Below are positions 1 through 9,107 of a stretch of DNA of 55,731 nucleotides, one piece after another. Numbering within the stretch: the stretch's first letter is position 1; each line of letters starts with the position of its first letter. This DNA comes from Candidatus Caccovivens sp. (GTDB lineage: Bacteria > Bacillota > Clostridia > Christensenellales > UBA1242): contig JBJFCL010000019.1 of NCBI GenBank assembly GCA_051888935.1, positions 1 through 55,731 on the forward strand, written 5' to 3'. The notes beneath the pieces were generated by a model. That model was not told where the DNA came from and did not search any database. It was given only the letters and a program-made list of their open reading frames with translations. Position numbers and translations under genes: made by a program.

Positions 1-90
1 AGGTCGTACAATTTTTATATCTTTCTGAGCTTTCTTTTTGCCAACTTTGTTTACATAATCGGCAACTTTTTTTTGATTTTTGCTTCCCAT
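1..90 (-). CDS. hypothetical protein, N-terminal 30 codons only (gene runs off the window start)
   Basis: Minus-strand ATG at 90-88 lies 4 nt after GGAGG (99-95). It reads MGSKNQKKVADYVNKVGKKKAQKDIKIVRP to the window edge. No family recognised. Confidence 0.35.
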   Translation of the reverse strand, partial: MGSKNQKKVADYVNKVGKKKAQKDIKIVRP

Positions 91-262
91 AAGACCTCCT
101 GTATATACTTTTTAAAAGTATATCATATATAGAGTTTTTTGTCAATAATTGTTATAAACTTTAACTTTTTGCCTTATCTCTTTGTAAGAGTGCCAAATTG
201 ACTTGTTTTTTTTTATTATTTTTGATATTATTGTTAATATTTAAACTTAAAATGAGGTTATT

Positions 263-2956
263 ATGGGACTTTTTGGAAATGAAAACAAATCACAAGTAAA
301 AAAACTTAGAAAAATTGCCGATAAAGTTATTGCACTTGAAGATAAATATCGTGCTTTTTCTGACGAACAACTTAAATCATGCACTGACGATTTCAAAGCC
401 CGTCTTAAAGCAGGCGAAACCCTTATGGACATTTTGCCAGAAGCTTATGCCGTTGTGCGTGAAGCATCTGACAGAGTTTTGAAAATGCGACATTTCTATG
501 TGCAGATTTTGGGTGGAATTGCACTCCATCAAGGTCGTATTGCTGAAATGGCAACAGGTGAAGGAAAGACTTTGGTTGCAACACTTCCTGCATATCTAAA
601 CGCTCTCACTGGACTTGGAGTTCATGTGGTCACAGTCAATGAATATTTGGCAAAGCGTGACGCAGAGTGGATGGGAAAAGTCTATCGTTTTCTTGGACTG
701 ACTGTTGGGGTTGTTGTGTCTGGAATGGACGAGAAAAAGAAACGCGAGGCATACAACAGCGACATAACCTATTGCACAAACAACGAACTTGGCTTTGACT
801 ATCTTCGTGACAATATGGCGATTATGAAACAGCAACGCGTTCAGCGTCCGCTCAATTTTGCCATTGTCGACGAAGTGGACTCCATTTTGATTGATGAAGC
901 AAGAACACCGCTCATTATTTCTGGTCGTGGAATGAAATCTTCTGACAATTATGTCAAGGCTCAAAAGTTTGCCAAGACATTGAAAGCAGAAGACTATGAA
1001 AAAGACGAAAAAACAAAACAACTCAACCTCACTGAAAGCGGTGTGGCAAAAGCAGAAAGATATTATGCCATTGACAACTTGTCAGATGTTGACAATTTGG
1101 AACTCAATCACTACATCAACAATGCATTGAAAGCCAATTTTGTTATGTATAAAGATGAAAACTACATCGTCAAAGATGGAGAGGTTGTGATTGTTGATGA
1201 ATTTACTGGTCGTCTTATGCCCGGCAGACGCTACAACGATGGACTTCATCAGGCGATTGAAGCAAAAGAAGGTGTGGAAATCAAAGACGAAAATATGACA
1301 CTTGCAACTATCACTTTCCAAAACTTTTTTAGAATTTACAACAAACTTTCTGGCATGACAGGAACCGCAAAGACGGAAGAAGGTGAATTTAGAGCAATTT
1401 ACAAATTGGATGTTGTCACAATTCCAACAAATAAACCAAACATTAGAATTGACGAACCTGACATCGTTTTTACGACAGAAAATGGAAAAATTAAAGCAAT
1501 TGTTGAAGAAATCAAACGCCACAATGCTTTGGGACAACCTATTTTGATTGGTACAATCACAATTGAGAAAAGTGAACTTTTGTCCAAGGCACTCAAAGAG
1601 GCAAAAATCAAACACACCGTTTTGAACGCGAAGAACCATGAACAAGAATCGCAAATTGTTGCACAAGCGGGAAGAAAAGGTGCGGTTACAATTGCCACAA
1701 ACATGGCAGGTCGTGGAACAGACATACTTCTTGGCGGAAATGCTGAATTTATGGCAAAAAAGAAGATGCGGGAAGAGGAATTTACCGAAGAACAAATTTC
1801 TTACGCAACTGCTTTCAACAATTCTGAGGACGCTGAACTTAATCGAGCACGTGCACGCTACAACGAACTTTATGCCGAATTTAAAAAGATTACAGATGTT
1901 GAAAAAGAAGAAGTTAGAGCGGTCGGTGGTCTTCACATAATCGGAACAGAGCGTCATGAATCAAGGCGTATTGACAACCAGTTGCGTGGTCGTGCTTCTC
2001 GTCAAGGTGACCCTGGTTCAAGTGTGTTCTTCTTGTCACTTGAAGATGACCTAATTCGTAGATTTGGTGGTGATAGACTTAAAAATATCGCCATGTTCTT
2101 CAAACTTGATGAAGACACTCCAATTCAACTTAAAATTCTTTCTAGACAAATCGAGAGCGCACAAAAAAAGATAGAACTCCAAAACTTTGCAATCAGAAAA
2201 ACTGTTTTGCAGTTTGATGATGTTATGAATGCTCAAAGAGAAATCGTTTACAAAGAGCGTAACAAAGTGTTGGACGGACTTGAAGTTCATTCTCAAATTA
2301 TGAGTATGTTTTCAGGCGTTATTTCACGCGTTGCAGATAAGTGTGTTGATGATGAAAAACCTTACTTTGATTGGGATTTTACAAAAATAAATCAAGAGTT
2401 TGAAAGAGGGTTATTGGAAAAAGGTACAAATGCCTTTTCAGAAGATTCATGTGAAGGATTTGACCGTGCTGACCTTGAAGAAGCGGTTTTGCGTTTGGTT
2501 GAAAAACGCTACAACGAAAAAATGGTGGAAGCAGGCAAACTTGGCATTGATTTTGAGAATGTTGAGAGATTTATTTTGCTTAAAGTCGTTGATTCCAATT
2601 GGATGAATCATATTGATGATATGCAGACGATGAAAAATGAAATTTTCGCTCGTGGATTTGGAAATCAAGACCCTGTTATTGCCTACAAAAAAGAGGCGTA
2701 TGACATGTTTGATAAGATGATTGAAAAGATCAGAGAAACCACATGTTTGATACTTCTAAACACCAATGTTGAATTGCGTAAACCTGAGCCTCAAAGACCT
2801 GTAAAGATGACAGAAGCAAAGGTGGAGAATGTTCAAAAACGCCCAGAAGAAATCAAGAAGCAAACAACAGTTGTAAACACTGAAAAGAAAGTGGGACGCA
2901 ATGACCTATGTCCATGTGGAAGCGGGAAGAAATACAAAAATTGTTGCGGGAAATAG
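263..2956 (+). CDS. secA: preprotein translocase ATPase SecA
   Basis: 897 aa. MATGEGKTLVATLPAYLNAL Walker A region, DEVDSILIDEARTPLIISG, TNMAGRGTDI, and a C-terminal zinc motif CPCGSGKKYKNCCGK. GAGG RBS before the ATG at 263. Confidence 0.97.
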   Translation: MGLFGNENKSQVKKLRKIADKVIALEDKYRAFSDEQLKSCTDDFKARLKAGETLMDILPEAYAVVREASDRVLKMRHFYVQILGGIALHQGRIAEMATGEGKTLVATLPAYLNALTGLGVHVVTVNEYLAKRDAEWMGKVYRFLGLTVGVVVSGMDEKKKREAYNSDITYCTNNELGFDYLRDNMAIMKQQRVQRPLNFAIVDEVDSILIDEARTPLIISGRGMKSSDNYVKAQKFAKTLKAEDYEKDEKTKQLNLTESGVAKAERYYAIDNLSDVDNLELNHYINNALKANFVMYKDENYIVKDGEVVIVDEFTGRLMPGRRYNDGLHQAIEAKEGVEIKDENMTLATITFQNFFRIYNKLSGMTGTAKTEEGEFRAIYKLDVVTIPTNKPNIRIDEPDIVFTTENGKIKAIVEEIKRHNALGQPILIGTITIEKSELLSKALKEAKIKHTVLNAKNHEQESQIVAQAGRKGAVTIATNMAGRGTDILLGGNAEFMAKKKMREEEFTEEQISYATAFNNSEDAELNRARARYNELYAEFKKITDVEKEEVRAVGGLHIIGTERHESRRIDNQLRGRASRQGDPGSSVFFLSLEDDLIRRFGGDRLKNIAMFFKLDEDTPIQLKILSRQIESAQKKIELQNFAIRKTVLQFDDVMNAQREIVYKERNKVLDGLEVHSQIMSMFSGVISRVADKCVDDEKPYFDWDFTKINQEFERGLLEKGTNAFSEDSCEGFDRADLEEAVLRLVEKRYNEKMVEAGKLGIDFENVERFILLKVVDSNWMNHIDDMQTMKNEIFARGFGNQDPVIAYKKEAYDMFDKMIEKIRETTCLILLNTNVELRKPEPQRPVKMTEAKVENVQKRPEEIKKQTTVVNTEKKVGRNDLCPCGSGKKYKNCCGK

Positions 2957-3044
2957 GCGATTATATTACAAAATTTTTTATAAATCAAAATATCAAAAGA
3001 GCAACCTTATAATTGCTTAGTTTATTCATGAGATAGGAGTTGAC

Positions 3045-3761
3045 ATGAAATACATTAGAGCAGAAAAATATAACAATGATTTTATAAACCCAAAAATTAT
3101 GGGACCAAATCCATTAAAATTGGAAGAGGAACTTATGAAGGACAACAAAATAACTCCAAATTCAGTTGTGATGGATTTGGGAAGTGGGCAAGGTGTCACA
3201 TCAATTTTTTTGGTGAAAGAATATGGGTTTAAGGTATATGCAGTAGACCTATGGAGCGATGCAGAAGAAAACAAAAAATTTTTTAATGAAATGGGCTTGA
3301 CAGAGAATCAAATCATACCTGTAAAGGCTGATGCAACTGACTTAAAATTTGAAAAAGAATTTTTTGACGCAGTTGTGAGCACAGACTCGTATAACTATTT
3401 TGGAAGAGATGAGAATTATTTAGACGAAAAACTCATGCCATTTGTGAAGTCGGGTGGTTATGTTTATATAGTAGTTCCAGGTATGAAAAAAGATTGTCAT
3501 AATAACATTCATAAAGAATTGTTGCTATCATGGACTGCTGAGCAATTGGATTATCTGCATGACATTGAATATTGGAAAGATATTATTTCCAAATCACAAA
3601 ACAGTGAAATTGTTTCTTTATATGAAATGGAAAGCAACGAAGAATGTTGGAACGATTGGATAAAATGTGATAATGAATATGCAAAAAATGATAAAAAAGC
3701 TATTGATGCTGGGGCTTGCAAATATTTAAATTTCATTGCCATTGTTTTAAGAAAAAAATAG
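3045..3761 (+). CDS. class I SAM-dependent methyltransferase
   Basis: VMDLGSGQGVTS matches the glycine-rich SAM-binding motif I, followed by an acidic VYAVDLW motif II. TAGGAG RBS. Confidence 0.8.
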   Translation: MKYIRAEKYNNDFINPKIMGPNPLKLEEELMKDNKITPNSVVMDLGSGQGVTSIFLVKEYGFKVYAVDLWSDAEENKKFFNEMGLTENQIIPVKADATDLKFEKEFFDAVVSTDSYNYFGRDENYLDEKLMPFVKSGGYVYIVVPGMKKDCHNNIHKELLLSWTAEQLDYLHDIEYWKDIISKSQNSEIVSLYEMESNEECWNDWIKCDNEYAKNDKKAIDAGACKYLNFIAIVLRKK

Positions 3762-3766
3762 AAAAT

Positions 3767-3796
3767 TAAAAGAACGATTAAATTCGTTCTTTTTGT
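3767..3796 (+). terminator. intrinsic terminator after the methyltransferase
   Basis: AGAACGA (3771-3777) pairs with TCGTTCT (3784-3790), followed by a T-run. Confidence 0.6.
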
Positions 3797-3824
3797 TTTA
3801 TTAATGTCAGATTATAAAATTTAC

Positions 3825-3853
3825 TTGACATTTTGTTTTGTATATGTTATATA
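3825..3853 (+). promoter_or_regulatory. sigma-A type promoter of the rpsF-ssb-rpsR operon
   Basis: TTGACA (3825-3830), a 17-nt spacer, then TATATA (3848-3853). Confidence 0.45.
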
Positions 3854-3854
3854 T

Positions 3855-3928
3855 TTAGAAGCAGTAAAAATACTGTCCTTGTTCTTGGAAAAATTCAAGA
3901 ACCATTAGTCCAAAAGGAGGTAAATGTG
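3855..3928 (+). promoter_or_regulatory. structured rpsF 5' leader (candidate S6:S18 autoregulatory leader)
   Basis: Two hairpins: CAGTA/TACTG (3862-3876) and GTTCTTG/CAAGAAC (3881-3902). They lie just upstream of AAGGAGG (3914-3920). Confidence 0.3.
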
Positions 3929-4210
3929 ATGAATAAGTACGAACTTATGTTTATCGTTGCAAGCGATGTAACCGAAGAAAAGCGTGAAGAACTTATCGCC
4001 AAATTCAAGGCATATGTTGAAGCACACAAAGGAAACATTGAAGGCATCGAGAAAGTTGGCATGAAGAAGTTTGCTTATCCAATCAATTTCAAAAACGAAG
4101 GTTTTTATGTGATTTTCAACATGAACTTACCTGCTGAAGAAGTTGATGCTATGAACAAACTTATGACAATCACAGAAGGGATTGTTCGTCAAATCTTTGT
4201 AAGAAAGTAA
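3929..4210 (+). CDS. rpsF: 30S ribosomal protein S6
   Basis: MNKYELMFIV... is a typical S6 N-terminus. The ATG at 3929 lies 8 nt after AAGGAGG. The track ORF start at 3833 is an upstream in-frame extension. Confidence 0.93.
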   Translation: MNKYELMFIVASDVTEEKREELIAKFKAYVEAHKGNIEGIEKVGMKKFAYPINFKNEGFYVIFNMNLPAEEVDAMNKLMTITEGIVRQIFVRK

Positions 4211-4232
4211 GATTTGCAAAAAGGAGAAATTT

Positions 4233-4655
4233 ATGAACAAAGTTATGTTAATCGGAAATTTGACCAGAGACCCAGAACTTCAAACCACAAACGGCGGAGT
4301 TTCTGTTTGCAGATTTTCACTTGCTGTAACAAGAAGATTTGCAAATGCTGACGGCGAAAGAAAAGCGGATTTCATCAACATTGTTGTTTGGAGAAATCAA
4401 GCAGAAAATTGCCATAAATATTTGAAAAAGGGTTCAAAAGTTGCTGTTGTTGGAAGCATTCAAACTTCCAATTACGACGCTCCGGATGGTTCAAAGAGAT
4501 ACACAACTGATATAGTTGCTGATGAAGTTGAATTTATCAGCACAAATCGTGGAAATGGTGATGATATGTCTTATTCTGCTCCAAGTGAAGCAAAGCCAAA
4601 AGCACAAGAAACTGCTGAGCTTGAAGAGATTGATGACGACAGCCTTCCATTCTAA
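4233..4655 (+). CDS. ssb: single-stranded DNA-binding protein
   Basis: OB-fold N-terminus MNKVMLIGNLTRDPEL, acidic tail ending DDDSLPF, and the position between rpsF and rpsR. Confidence 0.95.
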   Translation: MNKVMLIGNLTRDPELQTTNGGVSVCRFSLAVTRRFANADGERKADFINIVVWRNQAENCHKYLKKGSKVAVVGSIQTSNYDAPDGSKRYTTDIVADEVEFISTNRGNGDDMSYSAPSEAKPKAQETAELEEIDDDSLPF

Positions 4656-4697
4656 CAAAATTGAAATCGCGGAAAGACCGCTGTAAAGGAGAATAAA

Positions 4698-4958
4698 ATG
4701 AGCGAAGTTGTTAAGACCGAAGAAAAGGTTGTTAAAAAATTTCGTAAACCTGCAAAGAAGAAAGTATGTGCTTTCTGCGTTGCTGGCGAGAAATGTATTG
4801 ACTATAAAGATGTAGCAAAAATCAGAAAATACATCACAGAAAAAGGCAAAATTTTGCCAAGAAGACAAACTGGGGTTTGCTCTTATCACCAAAGAGAACT
4901 CTCAAACGCTATCAAAAGAGCAAGAAACATGGCTCTTTTGCCATATGTTGGTGACTAA
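4698..4958 (+). CDS. rpsR: 30S ribosomal protein S18
   Basis: Conserved [40 protein letters not shown] pattern. AAGGAG RBS. Confidence 0.95.
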   Translation: MSEVVKTEEKVVKKFRKPAKKKVCAFCVAGEKCIDYKDVAKIRKYITEKGKILPRRQTGVCSYHQRELSNAIKRARNMALLPYVGD

Positions 4959-4972
4959 TTAAAAAGGAGAAC

Positions 4973-5185
4973 ATGAAGATGCAAAAAGAAATTCATCCAG
5001 ATTATCATGAAGTTACTGTTGTTTGCGCTTGTGGAAACACTTTTAAAACTGGCTCTTGCGTAAAGGGAGACACTCTAAAAATTGATATTTGCAATAAATG
5101 TCACCCATTCTACACAGGAAAGAAAAAGGTTGTTGATTCCAGCGGAACTGTTGAAAACTTCAAGAAAAAATACAATTTACAATAA
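4973..5185 (+). CDS. rpmE: 50S ribosomal protein L31 (Cys-containing type A)
   Basis: [14 protein letters not shown]......[20 protein letters not shown]. The second ATG at 4979 could also be the start. Confidence 0.93.
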   Translation: MKMQKEIHPDYHEVTVVCACGNTFKTGSCVKGDTLKIDICNKCHPFYTGKKKVVDSSGTVENFKKKYNLQ

Positions 5186-5190
5186 AAATA

Positions 5191-5220
5191 AAAAAATCAG
5201 CAAATTTGCTGATTTTTTTT
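5191..5220 (+). terminator. intrinsic terminator after rpmE
   Basis: Palindrome AAAAAATCAGCAAA|TTTGCTGATTTTTT followed by a T-run. Confidence 0.7.
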
Positions 5221-5311
5221 CTTATGAAACAGAACAAGGAATTTTTGTTAAGATAGTATAAAAAACGGGGCTGATAAGATATATTTTGAGCAATTTGGAA
5301 ATAATCAGTAC

Positions 5312-6970
5312 ATGAAAAACACATTATTTCCATTGTCAAATGGAGTTCAGGTTTGTTTGCAAGACAAGCAAGTCATTTCTCTCATTGATTGCAATGGTCA
5401 AAAGAAACTTAAAAGTTCAAAAAACGAGAATAAAATTATCTTTTGGCATTTTCCGTTTATGAGAGGGATTCAATACTTTTTTTGTGGAATCTTTGGATTT
5501 TTTCAAGCATTAGTTTTGGCGAATGATTTGTGTGGCTCTACTATAAGAATCAAAGATTTAAAGAAATATTACACTCAAAAATTGATTGTTTTGGGACTGA
5601 TTGCAATTTTTGCGATTCTTTTTTCTGCTTTTGCTTTGGGATATGTGCCGGCAAAACTAGGATATTTGATGGTTGGAGCACAAGGCAGTACACTTCTGAG
5701 AAATTTTTGTATTATGACCTTAAAGTTGGCATTTTTTTATATTTTTTTATTGTTTTTTCGCATTTTTCCTGCCGTAAATGAATGTTTTAGATTTAATCGT
5801 GCAATTTCAAAGAGTAAGACTGACCAAACACCAAATTTTTTAAATTATTTCATTTTTGTTTTTGTTTTGCACTTTGTTGTGATACACTTGATTGGAGCGA
5901 GTTTTGGATTTTGGTTCAACATACTTCTTAATATTGCCATTTTTCTTGTGTGTACAAGTGTGGCATATGAGGTGGCGATGGTTGTCCAAAAATTCAAATT
6001 CTTGCATTTTTTAAGTTTTGTGACTGGTTGCTTGTGTTATGCAAAGCCAACTCGCACTCATTTTGAGACCGTCTCGGTGGCATTGACCGAAATGAATATG
6101 CTTGTGAAAGGTAGGGAATTTATGGAAGACGAAAGCAAAAAGGCTTTTTCTGTGGTGTATAATGAAGTAAAAAACAAATTGGCTCTTGCAGGAATCAATG
6201 AGAAAAGTGAGGCCGATTGGTTGATTGCCACTGTGTTAGGAAAAAATCGTGCAGAAATCAAGCTTGTGCCATTTGTGACTGACAAACAATATGAAGAGAT
6301 TGTCAAGGCAACAGATAGGCGTGCAAAAGGCGAAAGTTTGGATAATATTTTTGGATACACAGAATTTTATGGACTTCGTTTTGATGTCAACAAAAAAGTT
6401 TTAACTCCACGCATGGAAACGGAACTTTTGGTGGAACTGGTTTTGAAAGCACAACAGCAGTATAAGCATTGCACCATTCTTGACCTTGGAACTGGTTCTG
6501 GTGCTATTGCAGTTTCTGTCGCAAAAAACTGTGATGCTCGCGTCACTGCGATTGATGTCAGCAAGAGTGCGCTTCTTGTTGCCGAGTCAAATGCCAAGAA
6601 AAATGGTGTGGAAATTGAATTTTTACATTCAAATTTGTTTACACACTTGAAAAGAAAGCGTAAGTTTGATATAATTGTCTCAAATCCTCCATATATTCCA
6701 ACAAAGGACATAGCAAAACTGGACAAAAATGTCAGAGAATGCGACCCAACTTTGGCACTTGACGGAGGAGAAGATGGACTTGATTTTTATCGTCAAATTG
6801 CAAGTGAGTTGCCATCAAGGTTGAATGCAGGCGGGCAAGTGTTTTTTGAAATCGGCAAAGGACAAGCAAGAGCGGTGCGAAAAATCTTGCGTGATGCGGG
6901 ACTTGGAGACATAAAGACCATGAAAGATTACAACAAGATAGAGAGGTTTGTTTGTGGAAGATACAAGTAA
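5312..6970 (+). CDS. prmC: fusion protein: N-terminal polytopic membrane domain (DUF1385-like by position) plus release-factor glutamine N5-methyltransferase PrmC/HemK
   Basis: The C-terminal ~290 aa carry LDLGTGSGAIAV (SAM motif) and IVSNPPYI (NPPY catalytic motif). The N-terminal ~250 aa are hydrophobic with several TM segments (PFMRGIQYFFCGIFGFFQAL...). One uninterrupted ORF. Confidence 0.85.
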   Translation: MKNTLFPLSNGVQVCLQDKQVISLIDCNGQKKLKSSKNENKIIFWHFPFMRGIQYFFCGIFGFFQALVLANDLCGSTIRIKDLKKYYTQKLIVLGLIAIFAILFSAFALGYVPAKLGYLMVGAQGSTLLRNFCIMTLKLAFFYIFLLFFRIFPAVNECFRFNRAISKSKTDQTPNFLNYFIFVFVLHFVVIHLIGASFGFWFNILLNIAIFLVCTSVAYEVAMVVQKFKFLHFLSFVTGCLCYAKPTRTHFETVSVALTEMNMLVKGREFMEDESKKAFSVVYNEVKNKLALAGINEKSEADWLIATVLGKNRAEIKLVPFVTDKQYEEIVKATDRRAKGESLDNIFGYTEFYGLRFDVNKKVLTPRMETELLVELVLKAQQQYKHCTILDLGTGSGAIAVSVAKNCDARVTAIDVSKSALLVAESNAKKNGVEIEFLHSNLFTHLKRKRKFDIIVSNPPYIPTKDIAKLDKNVRECDPTLALDGGEDGLDFYRQIASELPSRLNAGGQVFFEIGKGQARAVRKILRDAGLGDIKTMKDYNKIERFVCGRYK

Positions 6971-8039
6971 AGAATTTTTGGAAAAAACAAAAAAATCAAA
7001 GGTGAGGTTTGATGAACTTACTGACCTTATTTCTCGTCCAGAGATTATCGCTGACAATCGCGAATGGAAGAAATTGGTCAAAGAAAGAAATTCCTTGGAA
7101 GAATTGGCAGGGGCTCACTCTGCTCTGAAAGGTTTGGTTGAAAATCTTGATTCTTGCGAGTCGGATTATGCAAAAGAGACAGATGCAGAGATGAAAGAGT
7201 TGTTTGCCAGTGAAATATCATCACTCAAAAAACAAATCTCCGAAAAAGTGGAAGATATCAAAATCTTGCTCTTGCCAAAAGATGAAAACGATGATAGCAA
7301 TGCCATTTTGGAAATTCGTGCTGCTGCTGGCGGAGAGGAAAGTGCACTTTTCAGTCTTGAACTTTGCAGAATGTACAGTCATTATGCAGAAAAGCACCGC
7401 TGGAAAGTGGAGTATATCGACATGAATGAGACCGAACTTGGTGGAATAAAAGAAGCCACAATCATGGTCAAGGGAAAGGGTGCATATTCGCGTCTAAAAT
7501 ATGAAAGTGGCGTTCATCGCGTGCAAAGAGTGCCAGAGACAGAAAGTCAAGGGCGTATTCACACTTCAACAGCAACTGTGGCAGTTTTGCCAGAAGTTGA
7601 AGAAGTGGATTTTGAAATTTTGGACAAAGACTTACGCATTGATGTTTATCATTCAGGCGGAGCAGGTGGACAAAATGTCAACAAAGTTGAAACGGCAATA
7701 AGAATTACATATTTGCCTCTTAACATTGTTGTTACTTGCCAAGATGAAAGGTCACAACTCAAAAACAAAGAGAAAGCGATGAACATTTTGAAAGCAAAAC
7801 TCTTTGACTATTATCAAGAACAGCGTGACAAAGAATATCGTGAAGACCGTAAAAGCCAGGTGGGAAGAGGAAACCGCAATGAGCGTATTCGCACTTACAA
7901 CTATCCACAAGGCAGAGTGACTGATCATCGAACCAATCTTTCTTCATATGATTTGAATGGCGTTTTAAATGGCGACTTGGACGAATTTATTGATGCAATG
8001 ATTTTGAAAGAACGCACCGAGATGCTGGCAAATTGTTAG
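6954..8039 (+). CDS. prfA: peptide chain release factor 1
   Basis: HSGGAGGQNVNKVETAIRITYLP contains the GGQ motif; RVQRVPETESQGRIHTS is also present. Start is uncertain: GTG 6954 lies 7 nt after AGAGAGG, while TTG 6948 is the track start. It overlaps the prmC 3' end. Confidence 0.95.
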   Translation: MEDTSKEFLEKTKKSKVRFDELTDLISRPEIIADNREWKKLVKERNSLEELAGAHSALKGLVENLDSCESDYAKETDAEMKELFASEISSLKKQISEKVEDIKILLLPKDENDDSNAILEIRAAAGGEESALFSLELCRMYSHYAEKHRWKVEYIDMNETELGGIKEATIMVKGKGAYSRLKYESGVHRVQRVPETESQGRIHTSTATVAVLPEVEEVDFEILDKDLRIDVYHSGGAGGQNVNKVETAIRITYLPLNIVVTCQDERSQLKNKEKAMNILKAKLFDYYQEQRDKEYREDRKSQVGRGNRNERIRTYNYPQGRVTDHRTNLSSYDLNGVLNGDLDEFIDAMILKERTEMLANC

Positions 8040-8084
8040 GACAGACAAGAATTTAATTTCTTTTCAACAAACATAAACTCGAAT

Positions 8085-8114
8085 AAAAAACCACCGCGAA
8101 TTGCGATGGTTTTA
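8085..8114. terminator. bidirectional terminator between prfA and the convergent membrane-protein gene
   Basis: CCACCGC (8091-8097) pairs with GCGATGG with one mismatch. Flanked by an A-run and a T-run. Confidence 0.5.
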
Positions 8115-8131
8115 TTGTTTTTGTAAAAATA

Positions 8132-8530
8132 TTAGAAATGGAGGAGTGTTCTAATTGCTTTTCCAGTTGTTTTTGGTGCGTCCTCAACAATTGGTTTAAA
8201 CACATCAAATGCACCAAGAATCATTGGCAAGAATGTGTTGAAGAACAAAATCAAAACGATGACAACAACAATTGAAATTACAATGTTGATGAGACGCTTT
8301 TTGTTTTCTTCTCTTTGTTCTGCACTGTCTGCACGTGCCATTTTGATTCCAACATAAAGTGCATAAATTCCGCCAGCAGCACCAACAAGTGCCAACAACA
8401 CCCAAAGAACAGTTGAAAGTGTATTCATTAAGCCTGGCAACCAATTTTCAAAACCTGTTCCACTTAAATCTTTCAAAAGATCATTCCAAGATGTAATTAC
8501 CTCATTCATTAAAGAAGTTAAAAGATTCAT
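8132..8530 (-). CDS. small two-TM membrane protein, function unknown
   Basis: ATG at 8530 follows GGAGGAAA. Two hydrophobic helices are separated by the charged loop KMARADSAEQREENKKR. That layout is reminiscent of pilin-like/VirB2-like small proteins but is not diagnostic. Confidence 0.6.
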   Translation of the reverse strand: MNLLTSLMNEVITSWNDLLKDLSGTGFENWLPGLMNTLSTVLWVLLALVGAAGGIYALYVGIKMARADSAEQREENKKRLINIVISIVVVIVLILFFNTFLPMILGAFDVFKPIVEDAPKTTGKAIRTLLHF

Positions 8531-8757
8531 TTTCGTTTCCTCCAATAATTTAAAATTATTGTTCTCAAAAGTTGAGAAGAATATTCTCTCTTTTGATTAC
8601 AAACAAATAATAACATATGCAAAAAAAAATTCCAAACGATTTTGACAAAAAAATATAAAAAATTTAAAAAATATTTTTTGTTCGATTTTTTATTGGAATT
8701 TTTTTATTAAATTAAGCAATTTATTGCCCTTGAAAATGGAATTTTAAATTGTTTTAA

Positions 8758-8943
8758 TTAAAAGAATTGTCCAAGACATCTACGGCAGTTGCAACTTGTG
8801 AAATTATTGTTGTTGAAATTGTCCCCAGAAAGCCCAAGCAAAAGCAGAAGCAAAATGTTGGTGTTTGTTGCAAGGTTTGTGTCATTGTTTGAACTTAAAA
8901 CCGACAGCAAAAACACAAATAAAAATTCTTGTGATGTTACCAT
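8758..8943 (-). CDS. 61-aa hydrophobic, Asn-rich protein with C-terminal Cys cluster (hypothetical)
   Basis: ATG at 8943 lies 5 nt after AAGGAGGG. Sequence: MVTSQEFLFVFLLSVLSSNNDTNLATNTNILLLLLLGLSGDNFNNNNFTSCNCRRCLGQFF. Confidence 0.45.
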   Translation of the reverse strand: MVTSQEFLFVFLLSVLSSNNDTNLATNTNILLLLLLGLSGDNFNNNNFTSCNCRRCLGQFF

Positions 8944-9030
8944 AATTCCCTCCTTTTCAACAAGAAAATGCAAAATAAGTCCAAAAGCAAAAATTTTTTC
9001 TTTTGACTTTTCTTCTTTTGTTTGGGTAGA

Positions 9031-9077
9031 ATTGAAATATAAATTGTTACTTTATTGTATATGACACAATATTTCAA
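9031..9077. promoter_or_regulatory. inverted repeat in the divergent promoter region, candidate ArsR operator
   Basis: TTGAAATAT (9031-9039) and ATATTTCAA (9069-9077) are exact inverted copies, with ATTGT/ACAAT nested inside. Located 30 nt upstream of the arsR-family ATG. Confidence 0.3.
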
Positions 9078-9107
9078 AGTGTTCAAAAATTTAAAAGGTA
9101 GGAAAAT

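Noticed and set aside
102-124. Near-perfect 22-bp palindrome TATATACTTTT/AAAAGTATAT just upstream of the truncated minus-strand gene, a possible operator.
   Set aside because: The regulated gene is cut off by the window edge and unidentified. The sequence is AT-only and could be fortuitous, so it cannot be evaluated here.
1082-1957. A long antisense ORF (291 aa) inside secA. Similar antisense ORFs occur at 12876-13331 (queH), 26856-27482 (recombinase), 34642-35289 (recD2), 47438-48151 (glmU-like/pth) and 50629-51309 (mfd).
   Set aside because: All lie opposite well-supported conserved genes, are Phe/Cys/Asn-rich low-complexity translations typical of antisense AT-rich DNA, and lack an RBS.
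3833-3928. An upstream extension of the rpsF ORF (track start 3833).
   Set aside because: The extension overlaps the predicted promoter and leader. The S6 homology and a strong AAGGAGG RBS begin at 3929.
6948-6970. The prmC/prfA overlap as a possible programmed frameshift site.
   Set aside because: Programmed +1 frameshifting is a property of prfB, not prfA. Here a normal GTG/TTG start with an RBS inside the prmC 3' end explains the overlap.
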